Below, piece after piece: positions 29,102 to 39,436 of a stretch of 64,000 bases of DNA; position 1 is the first letter of the stretch, and every line of letters starts with the position of its first letter. Position numbers and translations under genes: made by a program. Origin of the DNA: Candidatus Poribacteria bacterium (GTDB lineage Bacteria > Poribacteria > WGA-4E > PCPOR2b); NCBI GenBank assembly GCA_965218095.1, contig OZ244587.1, forward strand, positions 3,360,001 through 3,424,000, given 5' to 3'. Below the pieces are notes generated by a model. It ran no database searches. It saw only the letters and a program-made list of their open reading frames with translations, and was not told the DNA's origin.

Positions 29102-31008
29102 ACAGATCAGAACCCAGGTATGGAATCGTTATATTTAAGGACGTGATGGTTCCCATGCGCGATGGGGTCCGGCTGGCGACCGACATCTATCGGCCGGCCC
29201 TCGACAGCGAGTTGGTAGCCGGCGCATTCCCCACCATTCTGGGACGCACCTCATATGACAAGAACAGCCCGCAGATGTGGGTCGAGCCGGTGGCTGAGTT
29301 CTTTACCCGGCGCGGATACGTGACGGTCATCCAGGACTTGCGAGGTCGCCATCGTTCCGAAGGCACAGGGCAATACTTTCACACAGCCAACGTCAATGAG
29401 GGGCACGACGGCTACGACACAGTAGAGTGGATCGCCGCCCAACCCTGGTCAAGTGGGCGTGTGGGGACGGTGGGGAGTTCGCACGGCGCCATTGTCCAGA
29501 GCGTGATGGCGCTGTACCGTCCGCCGCACCTGACAGCGATGTGGCAGGATGTGGGCCCGACCAACATTTACGCCCACGAAGCCCGCGAAGGCGGTGCGAT
29601 GGCGCTGCACATGTTCGGCGCGCTGTTTCTGCACGCTCACGACGCCCAGGAGATTCGGGGTGACCCTGTGGCGAAGGACTCAATTGCGCGAGCGATGGAG
29701 TGTATGCGGGAACTGGTCTTTTCGACGCCGTTCAAGCCGGGACATACGCCGCTGGCAGTCACGCCCAACCTTGAAAAGACCCTGTTCAACTACTACTATC
29801 GTGGCGAGTACGATGAATTCTGGGGGCAAGATTGCTGCGACCAAGAGCGTTACTTCGATCGACACGCCGATGCGCCTTCGGTCTTTAGCGGCGGCTGGTA
29901 CGATCCCTTTTCAGTTGCCACGACGAACTACTTTGCGACGATGTGCAAGCAGAACAAGACTCCCCAACGGCTGGTGATGGGGCCCTGGAATCACGGCGGC
30001 ATGCGTGGCGGAGGGGCCTCATACGTGGGCGATGTGGACTTCGGGCCGGACGCCGCGTGGGGCGACCGGATATACAATGAGGAGCGGCTCTGCTGGTTTG
30101 ATCGTTGGCTGAAGGACGTGCCAAATAGGCTGGAGGAAGACCCACCGGTACGAATCTTTGTGATGGGTGGAGGCGACGGCCGACGCAACCGCGAAGGGCA
30201 TTTGAACCACGGCGGCGTGTGGAGGTCAGAAAAGGAGTGGCCGCTTGCCCGCACAAAGTACACTGCCTACTATCTCCACACCAGTGGATGCCTAAGCCCG
30301 GATATGCCGAGAGAGAATGACCCGTCGGCCCGTTTCCTCCACGATCCGGCCAATCCGGTGCCGACTATCGCCGCAAACGTCACGGGGTTCTACGAGCTGG
30401 TAGCGTTGGGGGAGGGGATGGCACCCCAGTACACGTCTCCCAGAGCGAGGATGCGTAGTATCGTTATGGATGGCGCGGCTCACCAGAAGGAAGAGCCCGG
30501 CATGGTCGGGGCTAAACCGCCGTATCTCCCCCTTGCGGCAAGACCCGATGTCCTCGTGTTTCAGATGTCCCCGCTAGATCAGGACATGGAGGTGACGGGG
30601 ACCATCGTGGTGAAGCTGTGGATTTCGTCTTCGGCGGTGGATACTGACTTCACGGCGAAGCTAATTGATGTCTATCCTCCAAACGAGGATTATCCCGCTG
30701 GCTACCACATGAACCTCGTTGATTCTATTATCCGTACCCGCTATCGAAACGGCTGGGAGCAGGCGAAGTTGATGGAGCCGGGAGAGGTTTATCAAGTCCA
30801 GATCGCCCTGCCACCGACCTGTAATATTTTCAAAACAGGGCACCGGATTCGGGTGGATATATCGAGCAGCAACTTTCCGCGCTTCGACATCAACCCAAAC
30901 ACCGGCGAGCCGATGGGTCGACATACGGATACCGTCGTGGCGCATAATACGGTGTACCTGGACCGCGACCGCCCTTCGCACATTGTGTTGCCTATCATTC
31001 CCCGGTGA
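29098..31008 (+). CDS. CocE/NonD family hydrolase
   Basis: PMRDGVRLATDIY, QDLRGRHRSEG, GSSHG, GGWYD, GPWNH and SSSNFPRF motifs. Confidence 0.93.
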   Translation: MNRSEPRYGIVIFKDVMVPMRDGVRLATDIYRPALDSELVAGAFPTILGRTSYDKNSPQMWVEPVAEFFTRRGYVTVIQDLRGRHRSEGTGQYFHTANVNEGHDGYDTVEWIAAQPWSSGRVGTVGSSHGAIVQSVMALYRPPHLTAMWQDVGPTNIYAHEAREGGAMALHMFGALFLHAHDAQEIRGDPVAKDSIARAMECMRELVFSTPFKPGHTPLAVTPNLEKTLFNYYYRGEYDEFWGQDCCDQERYFDRHADAPSVFSGGWYDPFSVATTNYFATMCKQNKTPQRLVMGPWNHGGMRGGGASYVGDVDFGPDAAWGDRIYNEERLCWFDRWLKDVPNRLEEDPPVRIFVMGGGDGRRNREGHLNHGGVWRSEKEWPLARTKYTAYYLHTSGCLSPDMPRENDPSARFLHDPANPVPTIAANVTGFYELVALGEGMAPQYTSPRARMRSIVMDGAAHQKEEPGMVGAKPPYLPLAARPDVLVFQMSPLDQDMEVTGTIVVKLWISSSAVDTDFTAKLIDVYPPNEDYPAGYHMNLVDSIIRTRYRNGWEQAKLMEPGEVYQVQIALPPTCNIFKTGHRIRVDISSSNFPRFDINPNTGEPMGRHTDTVVAHNTVYLDRDRPSHIVLPIIPR

Positions 31009-31092
31009 ACGGAAAATGGAGTTATGCCCCCTGAAATCATAAGTGGTGTGAAAGGCTGATAGTATCAACATTTCATGAAATTGGAGCTTCGT

Positions 31093-32241
31093 ATGCAAAC
31101 AGTACGTGTGGCAACTTTTGATAGTCCCGGAACCAAGCCCAAGATCCAAACCGTTCCCCGGCCGAACGTCCCTGACAAGGCAGCACTCATCCAAATCGGC
31201 GCGTGTGGGGTGTGCGGTACCGACCTGCATATCCTCAAGGGTCACTGGCCCAAGCCCTTGCCCTGGCCCTTTACGCTTGGCCATGAATTGGCTGGCATTA
31301 TCGTTGAAAAAGGTCCCGCCTTGGAAGTAGACTTTATGGGCAAGCCATTGACTGTTGGAAGCAAGGTCATGCTGCCGCCGCTGATGCCGTGCGGGGAATG
31401 CTACTATTGCGTGCACTACCCGGAGCACGCCAATCGCTGCCTCAACCCGACCTACTATGGCCGGTACCTGCCCTTTGACAAGCCGCCGCACCTCTGGGGT
31501 GGATGGGCGGAGATGGTCTATGTTGATTTAGACATGTTGCCAGCCACAAAGATCTACCGTTTGCCGGACGACATGTCATTGGCGCTGGGAGCGCTGACTG
31601 AGCCGTTAGCCTGCTGTATCCGGGCCCTCAACCGCGCCGCGTCGGTCAACGGCTTCCGATTCGGGGACACCGTGGTCATCCAGGGCTCGGGTCCCATAGG
31701 CGTGCTGATGATCGCCGCCGCGAGGGAGATGGGAGCGGGGTGTGTGATCGTGGTGGGGGTGCCCGAAGATCCAAGACTTGCCCTCTGCCGCGAATTCGGC
31801 GCGGAGGCCACCGTATCGCTTGAAACCCACACGACGCCGCAGGAACGAATCGACGCCATCTGTGAGATTGTCGGCGGATTCGGCGCCGATCTTGTGGTCG
31901 ATTGCAGCGGCCATCCATCAGCAGGACCAGAGGGCGTCGAAATGCTTCGGGACGGCGGGACTTATGTGGAGATGGGACAGTTCACGGATGCGGGTGCCAT
32001 CGAAACTAACTGGCACCGCTTCTGCGCCAAGGACCTCAAGCTGGTGGGGAGTTGGGGCATTACCGCCAACGACCTCCCGTTGGGAATCGACACCCTTGAC
32101 CGCGCCCGAGCCCGCTATCCCTGGCGTCGGATGCAGACCGAGTTTCCCTTCACCGAAGCGGGAGTAACGGCGGCGGTGCAGAGCGCCCTGGAGATGCGGT
32201 GCGTCAAGGCCACGATTGTGCCGAATGAAGGTATCGGCTGA
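31093..32241 (+). CDS. Zinc-binding alcohol dehydrogenase family protein
   Basis: CGVCGTDLH, GHE, CGECYYC...C and GSGPIG motifs. Confidence 0.92.
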   Translation: MQTVRVATFDSPGTKPKIQTVPRPNVPDKAALIQIGACGVCGTDLHILKGHWPKPLPWPFTLGHELAGIIVEKGPALEVDFMGKPLTVGSKVMLPPLMPCGECYYCVHYPEHANRCLNPTYYGRYLPFDKPPHLWGGWAEMVYVDLDMLPATKIYRLPDDMSLALGALTEPLACCIRALNRAASVNGFRFGDTVVIQGSGPIGVLMIAAAREMGAGCVIVVGVPEDPRLALCREFGAEATVSLETHTTPQERIDAICEIVGGFGADLVVDCSGHPSAGPEGVEMLRDGGTYVEMGQFTDAGAIETNWHRFCAKDLKLVGSWGITANDLPLGIDTLDRARARYPWRRMQTEFPFTEAGVTAAVQSALEMRCVKATIVPNEGIG

Positions 32242-32369
32242 CGCCAACCAATTAGGGGAAAATGATGAGTGACGAGTGATGAGCGATAAACGCCGTCGCT
32301 TCTCACTTGTCACTCATTATGTCCAATAGGTTATGGGTAAAACTATGCGAAAACTTGCCGTCTGGGCGC

Positions 32370-34421
32370 TTAACTGGCATTTTCATTCGCATACTGATCC
32401 CGCAGAACGCGGCGCATGACCTTGTTGGATGCGGTGCGAGGGAGAGCGTCAACGATAACGAAGTCGTGAATCCTGAAAAGCGGGTTGAGATGTTCCCGAA
32501 TCGCCGTTTGTAACGAAGTCATCAAGGCTTCCTTTGTCGTATCCACATCTGGCACAAGTATAGCATAAATCACCAGTTGGCTGGGTCCCCCGTCCGGGGG
32601 AGACACCGCAATAGCCGCAGTTTCGCGGATGCCGCTGACGGAATTGAGTGTCTGTTCGATTTCCGCTGAACTGACTTTAATCCCACCGAGATTCATCGTG
32701 TCATCCACGCGTCCGTGGATGCGGTAGTAGCCGCCGTTCAACCGCTCGACCTGATCGCCGTGGCGGCGGAGGGGCAGCGTCCCCGGCAGTTGGGGCGTTC
32801 CGTCGAAATACACCTCATAATGGTCTCTGTTCAGCAACTCGGTGGAGAGGCCAATGGAGGGCGGTATGACAAATACCTCTCCGTTATCAGTCGGCTGACC
32901 GCCCTCATCGCAGATGACCAGATCCAATCCCAATGCCGGCGTCGTAAACGTTGCCGGGGCAGCAGGCTGGACTGTCGTGCCGGTGAGATAACCGCCGCCA
33001 ATCTCGGTGCCGCCGCAATACTCAATAATGGGGCGGTATCCCGCCAGGGACATCAGAAACAGCATGTCTTCCGGGTTGGAACATTCGCCTGTAGAACTAA
33101 AGGCTTTGACGGCGCTCCAGTCGAGTTCCTTCATACATTCCGTGTTTTTCCATGCTCTCACCAGACTCGGCATCACGCCAAGCATCGTGACGCGAGTGTT
33201 CTGGACAAACTCGCCAAATTCCCTTCCGATCGGCGCGCCGTTATATAGCGCCATCGTTGCCTGATTGATCAAACTGGCGTAGATAAGCCATGGCCCCATC
33301 ATCCATCCTAGATTCGTTGGCCACGCCAACACATCGCCCGGTTGAATATCATGATGCAGATGCGCATCTACTGCGCATTTAATCGGCGTGGTCTGCGTCC
33401 ACGGAATCGCTTTGGGTTCTCCGGTGGTTCCCGAAGAGAACAGAATGTTCGTGTGCTCATGCGGGTGACGGGCAACTGAGTCAAACTGATCATTATCGCT
33501 GAGAAACCCTTCCCAAGTCAAATCGCCCTCTCGCAACTCAACCGATAGCTCGCCCTTGCAGGAAAGCACAACCGCCTTTGGTGCATTGGCGTCAACGACC
33601 TTCGCATATAACGGCAACTGTTTTCCAGCACGACGGATAGAGTCCTGAGTGAAAATCCCTTTCGCATTTGCGATGCGCAGACGCATCTGGATCTCATCTG
33701 GCGCGAAACTATCGGCAATCGAAATCACGGCACCGCCCGCTTTGATGATTCCCAGATAGATGGGGACCGATTCGGCGTGCATCGGCATATCAACAGCGAT
33801 AGCATCGCCCGGCTGGAAACCGGCCTCCGTCAATCCATTGGCAACCCGATTTGTCAGTGCGTTGAGTTCGTCGTAGGTCATCGTCGAAAGCGTCGAACCT
33901 TCTGACCGAAACACAATTGCGGTGGCATCACTTGGCGCGTTAAAACAACTCTCGACGATGTTGAACCGTGCGTCCACGAGCCACTTGGGGAACTCAGCCC
34001 CCTGAGACAGATCAAGCACCTCGCGGAATTCCTGATGGAATTGAATCCCAAGCTGCTCAATCATCAACTCCCAAAAATCGGTGCGATGGTGTACCGACCA
34101 TGAATGGAGTGCCTCGTAAGAATCGAGATTTCGCTCCCGCATCACCGCCGAAACGTTTGTTTTCTCAACTTCATCTTCAGCCGGAAACCAAGCGGGTGCA
34201 GCGCCTTGTGCGCCATCCCAATCGGCAAAAACGGTTTTGTGCAGGAATTGGTGCAGCGGAAATGGGTGATCGGGGGTTAAAATTGTTTGCGAAATTCTTC
34301 GCCAACAGGCTGTGGCTGGAAGCGATGCGAGTAATGGATTGATACACTTTAGCAGGCGCTCCGATGTCGATTTGTCCAATCCGCATTCGGTGAGGTTTTC
34401 ACACGTCAGTTTCTTTGCCAT
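32370..34421 (-). CDS. AMP-forming acyl-CoA synthetase (acetyl-CoA synthetase-like)
   Basis: FSSGTTGEPK, YCGGTEIGG, GRVDD and LPRTASNK motifs; RBS AGGAGG. Confidence 0.9.
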   Translation of the reverse strand: MAKKLTCENLTECGLDKSTSERLLKCINPLLASLPATACWRRISQTILTPDHPFPLHQFLHKTVFADWDGAQGAAPAWFPAEDEVEKTNVSAVMRERNLDSYEALHSWSVHHRTDFWELMIEQLGIQFHQEFREVLDLSQGAEFPKWLVDARFNIVESCFNAPSDATAIVFRSEGSTLSTMTYDELNALTNRVANGLTEAGFQPGDAIAVDMPMHAESVPIYLGIIKAGGAVISIADSFAPDEIQMRLRIANAKGIFTQDSIRRAGKQLPLYAKVVDANAPKAVVLSCKGELSVELREGDLTWEGFLSDNDQFDSVARHPHEHTNILFSSGTTGEPKAIPWTQTTPIKCAVDAHLHHDIQPGDVLAWPTNLGWMMGPWLIYASLINQATMALYNGAPIGREFGEFVQNTRVTMLGVMPSLVRAWKNTECMKELDWSAVKAFSSTGECSNPEDMLFLMSLAGYRPIIEYCGGTEIGGGYLTGTTVQPAAPATFTTPALGLDLVICDEGGQPTDNGEVFVIPPSIGLSTELLNRDHYEVYFDGTPQLPGTLPLRRHGDQVERLNGGYYRIHGRVDDTMNLGGIKVSSAEIEQTLNSVSGIRETAAIAVSPPDGGPSQLVIYAILVPDVDTTKEALMTSLQTAIREHLNPLFRIHDFVIVDALPRTASNKVMRRVLRDQYANENAS

Positions 34422-34495
34422 CAAAGGGGACCTCCTATAAATTGCTAACGCCGACATTTTAGCAGAAAGTCGGGTTGAAAGCAACATATCCGCAC

Positions 34496-34524
34496 TTGAT
34501 TGTTGCGTCCGCCCGTGATAGAAT
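34496..34524 (+). promoter_or_regulatory. sigma70-type promoter for the IMPase gene
   Basis: TTGATT, 17 nt spacer, TAGAAT, with extended -10 TG. Confidence 0.5.
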
Positions 34525-34596
34525 ACGATAAATTTGGCAAGCGAATAAAATCCGCATCGGATTTAGCCAACACCCCATGTATAGAGGATAGTATCC

Positions 34597-35394
34597 ATGC
34601 CCCAAAGTCAATTTCTCAAAATTGCTTTAGAAGCCGCTCACAACGCGGAAGAAGTTATATTAAAGTATTATGCCGATTCCATTCGGGTCGAATTCAAGCC
34701 GGATGCAACACCCGTTACCATTGCAGATAGAGAGGCAGAGCGAGTCATCATCGAAACCATTCAGCGTGCGTTTCCCGACCACGGTTTTTTAGGAGAGGAA
34801 TCCGGTGATACCCACTCCGAATCCGGGTATCGGTGGATTATTGACCCGATCGATGGGACGAAGAATTACATCCGCAAAATCCCCCTGTTTGCCACACAGA
34901 TAGCTCTCATGAAAGATGGGGAGCGCATTTTGGGGGTTTCCAATTCGCCGCTGATTAAAGAGTTGCTTTATGCAGAGCGTGGTGCGGGAGCATTTATGAA
35001 CGGTCAGCCGATTCGTGTGAGCGAAGTAGCAGAAGTGTCCGATGCCATGATTTGCCACGGCGGCCTTGATTGGTTCGATTCAATAGGAATGCAGACGAAT
35101 ATCTGGAAACTGATAACCGACTCAAGTCGATCGCGCGGCTTCGGTGATTTCTACATTTTCCACACGCTTGCTTCCGGGCGGACGGATATCGCGGTGGAGG
35201 GTGGCCACTTGATGGCTTGGGATATTGCCGCTTTGGCGGTCATCATTGAGGAGGCAGGGGGCAAAATTACGGACATGGGGCGGAATGCGCTAACTCTCAG
35301 TCCATCGCCGGTCATCGCAACAAATGGTGTGTTACATGAACAGGTGTTAGACTATTTTAGAGACGTAACCTCAGATACGAACAACGCAACCTAA
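34597..35394 (+). CDS. Inositol monophosphatase family protein (histidinol-phosphate phosphatase HisN-like)
   Basis: PVTIAD, GEESG, WIIDPIDGTKNY and WDIAA motifs. Confidence 0.85.
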   Translation: MPQSQFLKIALEAAHNAEEVILKYYADSIRVEFKPDATPVTIADREAERVIIETIQRAFPDHGFLGEESGDTHSESGYRWIIDPIDGTKNYIRKIPLFATQIALMKDGERILGVSNSPLIKELLYAERGAGAFMNGQPIRVSEVAEVSDAMICHGGLDWFDSIGMQTNIWKLITDSSRSRGFGDFYIFHTLASGRTDIAVEGGHLMAWDIAALAVIIEEAGGKITDMGRNALTLSPSPVIATNGVLHEQVLDYFRDVTSDTNNAT

Positions 35395-35404
35395 CATCCA
35401 AGCT

Positions 35405-36103
35405 CTATCCGACTGTCTGACTGTCTTCCAACATGCCTAACGCCGACCGCCCAATCGGGAGAAGCCCAAACTCTTGTCCCGCCTCCACCATGGTATCCCA
35501 AATGTATGCCCCCAGCGATTGTGCGCCGATGATGGAAAAGGTGGGGAGTTCATCAATGTCCCGGCGGATGATCAACTGTGCCGTCTTGACGAGGCTGCTC
35601 TGTTTCGCTGCTCCGTCCGGAAACGCCATGGGGTGAAAATCCAGCCCACACACCTTGCTCAAGAGTTCTTGGCTGGCGGGACCAATCACCCGGATTTCTG
35701 ACCATCCGTGGGTGATATCTGTGACCGTGACAAATTGTTCGGATTTTTCCACTGTTGTCGTCAACTTCTTCCGTGCCGCAGTCTCTCCGCCGGGCGGTGT
35801 GCTGATGAAAAAGAAGTTGCTTCGCAAGCGATAGATTCGATTAAATCCTTCCCCAATCGCGAGTGTAGGTACATCGAAGGCTGCGCTCAAGACGGATTCA
35901 GCCCCATCCCCCTCGATTGTCAGTTTGCCATTTGGGCTCTCGTCAGCTAGGACGACACCCTCCCGGGCGGCAGTGATTTCATCCTCCAGCGTAGTATAGA
36001 CCTCCGGGATGCGCCATCGGCGTTGTTCGGTGAATTGCGCACCGAGGCGTTGGGCGATTGTGTGCAGGGGCGTCAATTTGATGGGTTTGTTGGAGGTGCT
36101 CAC
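35405..36103 (-). CDS. soxG: Sarcosine oxidase gamma-like subunit
   Basis: VTDITHG...GP...LLSKVCGLDF; last gene of the sox operon. Confidence 0.75.
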   Translation of the reverse strand: MSTSNKPIKLTPLHTIAQRLGAQFTEQRRWRIPEVYTTLEDEITAAREGVVLADESPNGKLTIEGDGAESVLSAAFDVPTLAIGEGFNRIYRLRSNFFFISTPPGGETAARKKLTTTVEKSEQFVTVTDITHGWSEIRVIGPASQELLSKVCGLDFHPMAFPDGAAKQSSLVKTAQLIIRRDIDELPTFSIIGAQSLGAYIWDTMVEAGQEFGLLPIGRSALGMLEDSQTVG

Positions 36104-39045
36104 ATTCGTAACCTTTCTCCGTCGGAGTCGTAAAAGGCGTCATGATGGACGCGGGCTTCCTCCAGGTTTCCGTTCATGCGAATTGTAAAGGAAGCGCCGT
36201 TTTGAGCGCCCAAATCTGCCGGCAGCCAACAGAGCCCAATCGCCTCCTCCAGGGTCGGGCTGAACCGACTGGAGGTGACCCAGCCGATGATCTCCGGTTT
36301 CCCGTTCGATCCAGGCTCGACGATCTGCAGCCCTTCATCGGGGACAGCGTCGGGATTAGCCGTTTTGAATCCCACCAGAAGTTGCTTGGGACCTTCGGCG
36401 GAAATCCGCATCAGGGACAGTTTCCCAAGGAAATCGGGCTTGTTCAGCTTTACCGCCCATTCCATATTGGCGGAAAGTGGGTCAGACATGGCGTCGGTGT
36501 CCTGTCCAACGATGATGTGCGCTTTTTCCAGTCTTAGTATACGTTGCGTCTCCACGCCAAACGGGACAATACCAAACTCTCTGCCGGCGTCCATCAGCGC
36601 CTCCCATACATGGAGGGCGTAACCGGACGGACAGTGGATTTCGTAGGAGAGTTCGCCGGTGAAACCGATACGCAGCAATCGGCAGGGGACGCCCGCGACT
36701 TTTGCGGAGCGGATGCGCATGTACGGGAAGGCTTTGTTGTCAAGGTTGCGTTCAGTCAATTTGTTCAACACCTCCCGTGACCGGGGCCCCGCCAAGTTGA
36801 AGGCAGAGTAGGTATCGGTCAGGTCGGTCAGATGGACGCCTTCGCCCCATCCGGATTGCAACCACCATTGCAGCCACTCAAACACAGCGGCCGCGCCGGT
36901 AGAGGTGGTGGTCATATACCACTCTTCGTCTTTCAGGTGAGCACAGACGCCATCGTTTATCACCACACCTTCGTCGTTGCACATCACGCCGTAGCGCACT
37001 CGCCCAACGCGAAGATTCCGCCACTGGTTGATGTAGATGCGTTCAAGCAGATCGGGGACGCCGGGACCGGTAAGCTGTAGTTTGCCCAGTGGGCTTACGT
37101 CGATTAACCCGACTCGTTTACGCACAGCCAGCGCTTCCACCGCTGGATCGCCATAGTAGTTGGGACGCAGCCACAGTCCAGCCACCATCATTTTCGCGCC
37201 CCGATCCAGATGCCACTCATGGATGGGGGTCACCTGCACCGGCTCCATGTTCTGTCCTGCTAGTGCGCCCAGCGTCACCGGCGTGGTGGGAGCACGCGCA
37301 GTCGTCGTGCCGGTTTCCTGCACCGTCCAACTATTAGCGCGCGCGCAGAGGTGGATGGTGTTCATCGAACACATCTTGCCCTGACATGGACCCATTGAAA
37401 TGGTACTGTACCGCTTGAGCAGTTCAACGCTGTCGTAGCCCTCTGCGGTGGCAGTTTCAAGGTCTTCGTCGGTGACATCTTCGCAATAGCATACGAACCG
37501 TTTCTTTTTTCCGGAGATTCTCACCCGATCGGAAGTACGACGAGGTTCGTGAAACGTGGAACGTGAAACGTGAAGGGGTTGATCTGTCGATTCGTTCGCA
37601 CTTCCCAAGCCGATAAAAGCAGCGGCGTTCAAGCCAGCCAGCCGTCCTTCGGAGATTTGCGCATCAACGGTGTGTGTCCCTGCTGCCCGTCCTGCCACAT
37701 AAAGCCCCGGCGGGGTGGACACCAGCAATATTTCCGCTCGTTCTTCGTTGTATTCCGATTTTCCACCTGCCATATAAACCAATTCAGTGGCAGGCGTCCA
37801 CCCCATGCTGGTCACAATCAGATCACATTTCAGCGACTGCGCCGTGGATGGGTCGATTTCGCCCCCGATAGAATCGGGACTCAAAGCAGCTTGTGCGTCA
37901 ATACGGGCAATCCTTGCGCCCTTTACCGAGCCGGCGCCGAGGGCTTCTAAGATGGTATGCCGATAGAAAACCGGAACCCCGGCATTAGCCAATCCATCCC
38001 TATAGGGGCTAGAGCAGGCATCCTGATCTCGTTCATCCACGATAGCTGCCACGTTCACCCCCAGCGCATGGAGGTCAGCAGCGATGTCCCAGCCATCGCC
38101 GTTGGCCGTCACAACCACAGCCTGTTTGCCGGGGACGACGCCATAGAGATGAATCAGACGCTGCACGGCGCTCCCCAACATCACGCCCGGCAGATCGTTG
38201 TTGTCGAAGATAAGCGGGGTTTCGTAGGCGCCAGTCGCTGTGACCAGCGATTTCGTTCTAATCTTGAACAGGCATGTCCCCCTGACGGCAGAAATCCAGT
38301 TGTCCTGGTACCAACCGAGGACAGCGGTATCGGTGAAGACCGTGACATTTGGCTGCTGATTGAGTGCTTCTAATAGATCAGGCAAGGGAGAGTGAAGGGG
38401 GAAGGTGAAGCGGAGGTGACCGCCCAGGTCCGGGTTCTCGTCAAAAAGCAACACTCGGGCACCCTCTTCGGCTGCTACGAGCGCCGCGCTTATTCCTGCC
38501 GGCCCGCCGCCGGTTACAACGACATCGGTATGCAGATACTGCTTGTCAAACTCGCCTGGGGGCGTTTCAATATCGACTTCGCCCAGTCCGGCGACATGAC
38601 GTAACGCACGCTCGTATAAGGGCCACAGCCGCTGGGGCCGAATGAAAGTCTTATAGTAAAAACCGACCGGCATAAAGCGAGTTCCCATTTGGGTCAGGGA
38701 CAGCAGATCCCGATTGAGCGAGGGCCAGACGTTCTGTGCTCGCACGTTCATGCCTGCGTTGACCGGTCTGGTACAGGCGCGGACGTTTGGTTCATCACCG
38801 ATTTGTACTAGGCAGTTGGGGCAGTGTCCAGCGCAACAGAGCAACCCACGCGGACGGTGATATTTGAATGAGCGGCTCAACACTTTTACACCCGCCGCTG
38901 TCAGAGCTGAAGTGATAGTATCACCAGGGTGGGCGGTGTACTCCACCCCATCAAAAGTGAACCGAATCGTGGTAGAGCGATCGATGACCTCACCGGGTTT
39001 CGGGGGAAGCCGATTGGGTGTTGTTTTCGGTTGTTCAGTTTGCAT
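36100..39045 (-). CDS. soxA: Sarcosine oxidase alpha-like subunit
   Basis: RSFKYHRPRG, 2Fe-2S-like cysteines, GGGPAG, KRYST.SMGPCQGK and a GcvT-like C-terminus. Confidence 0.9.
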   Translation of the reverse strand: MQTEQPKTTPNRLPPKPGEVIDRSTTIRFTFDGVEYTAHPGDTITSALTAAGVKVLSRSFKYHRPRGLLCCAGHCPNCLVQIGDEPNVRACTRPVNAGMNVRAQNVWPSLNRDLLSLTQMGTRFMPVGFYYKTFIRPQRLWPLYERALRHVAGLGEVDIETPPGEFDKQYLHTDVVVTGGGPAGISAALVAAEEGARVLLFDENPDLGGHLRFTFPLHSPLPDLLEALNQQPNVTVFTDTAVLGWYQDNWISAVRGTCLFKIRTKSLVTATGAYETPLIFDNNDLPGVMLGSAVQRLIHLYGVVPGKQAVVVTANGDGWDIAADLHALGVNVAAIVDERDQDACSSPYRDGLANAGVPVFYRHTILEALGAGSVKGARIARIDAQAALSPDSIGGEIDPSTAQSLKCDLIVTSMGWTPATELVYMAGGKSEYNEERAEILLVSTPPGLYVAGRAAGTHTVDAQISEGRLAGLNAAAFIGLGSANESTDQPLHVSRSTFHEPRRTSDRVRISGKKKRFVCYCEDVTDEDLETATAEGYDSVELLKRYSTISMGPCQGKMCSMNTIHLCARANSWTVQETGTTTARAPTTPVTLGALAGQNMEPVQVTPIHEWHLDRGAKMMVAGLWLRPNYYGDPAVEALAVRKRVGLIDVSPLGKLQLTGPGVPDLLERIYINQWRNLRVGRVRYGVMCNDEGVVINDGVCAHLKDEEWYMTTTSTGAAAVFEWLQWWLQSGWGEGVHLTDLTDTYSAFNLAGPRSREVLNKLTERNLDNKAFPYMRIRSAKVAGVPCRLLRIGFTGELSYEIHCPSGYALHVWEALMDAGREFGIVPFGVETQRILRLEKAHIIVGQDTDAMSDPLSANMEWAVKLNKPDFLGKLSLMRISAEGPKQLLVGFKTANPDAVPDEGLQIVEPGSNGKPEIIGWVTSSRFSPTLEEAIGLCWLPADLGAQNGASFTIRMNGNLEEARVHHDAFYDSDGERLRM

Positions 39046-39130
39046 TTTTAAGTGGTGAATTGTCTGCTGTATTTCTCCAGTTACCGCACCGGATAGGAAA
39101 TGATGAAATGGGGAGATGACGCATCACGTT

Positions 39131-39397
39131 TCACGCATCACGTTTCACGTAAAGGTAAGTCTTTATCACCTCATTTGTCCGTGTATGCCGATCGGCCAAA
39201 AACCAGAGGCAGCAGCCGGACTCGTGATACCACCACTCCGTTTGCATGCCCATGGTGTTATTACGCAGATAGAGGTAGTCTGCTAACTCCGCATCGCTAG
39301 GAGCCGTGAGTTCTTTGGGACGCGGGTTGTATTCTCCGCCAAAACGGAACTCGCTGACGTTTCGAGACCCACAGTTGGGACAGGTTAAAAGTAGCAT
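39131..39397 (-). CDS. soxD: Sarcosine oxidase delta subunit
   Basis: CPNCGSR..SEF, EWWYH..GC and RHTRTNE motifs. Confidence 0.92.
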   Translation of the reverse strand: MLLLTCPNCGSRNVSEFRFGGEYNPRPKELTAPSDAELADYLYLRNNTMGMQTEWWYHESGCCLWFLADRHTRTNEVIKTYLYVKRDA

Positions 39398-39436
39398 GAG
39401 TCACTCCTATGCACGGATTACCCAATTAAGTCTAAG

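Noticed and set aside
30661-31491. 276-aa antisense ORF and other long overlapping ORFs (e.g. 2588-3391, 32715-33248, 63494-64000)
   Set aside because: Shadow ORFs opposite well-supported genes, with no recognisable motifs.
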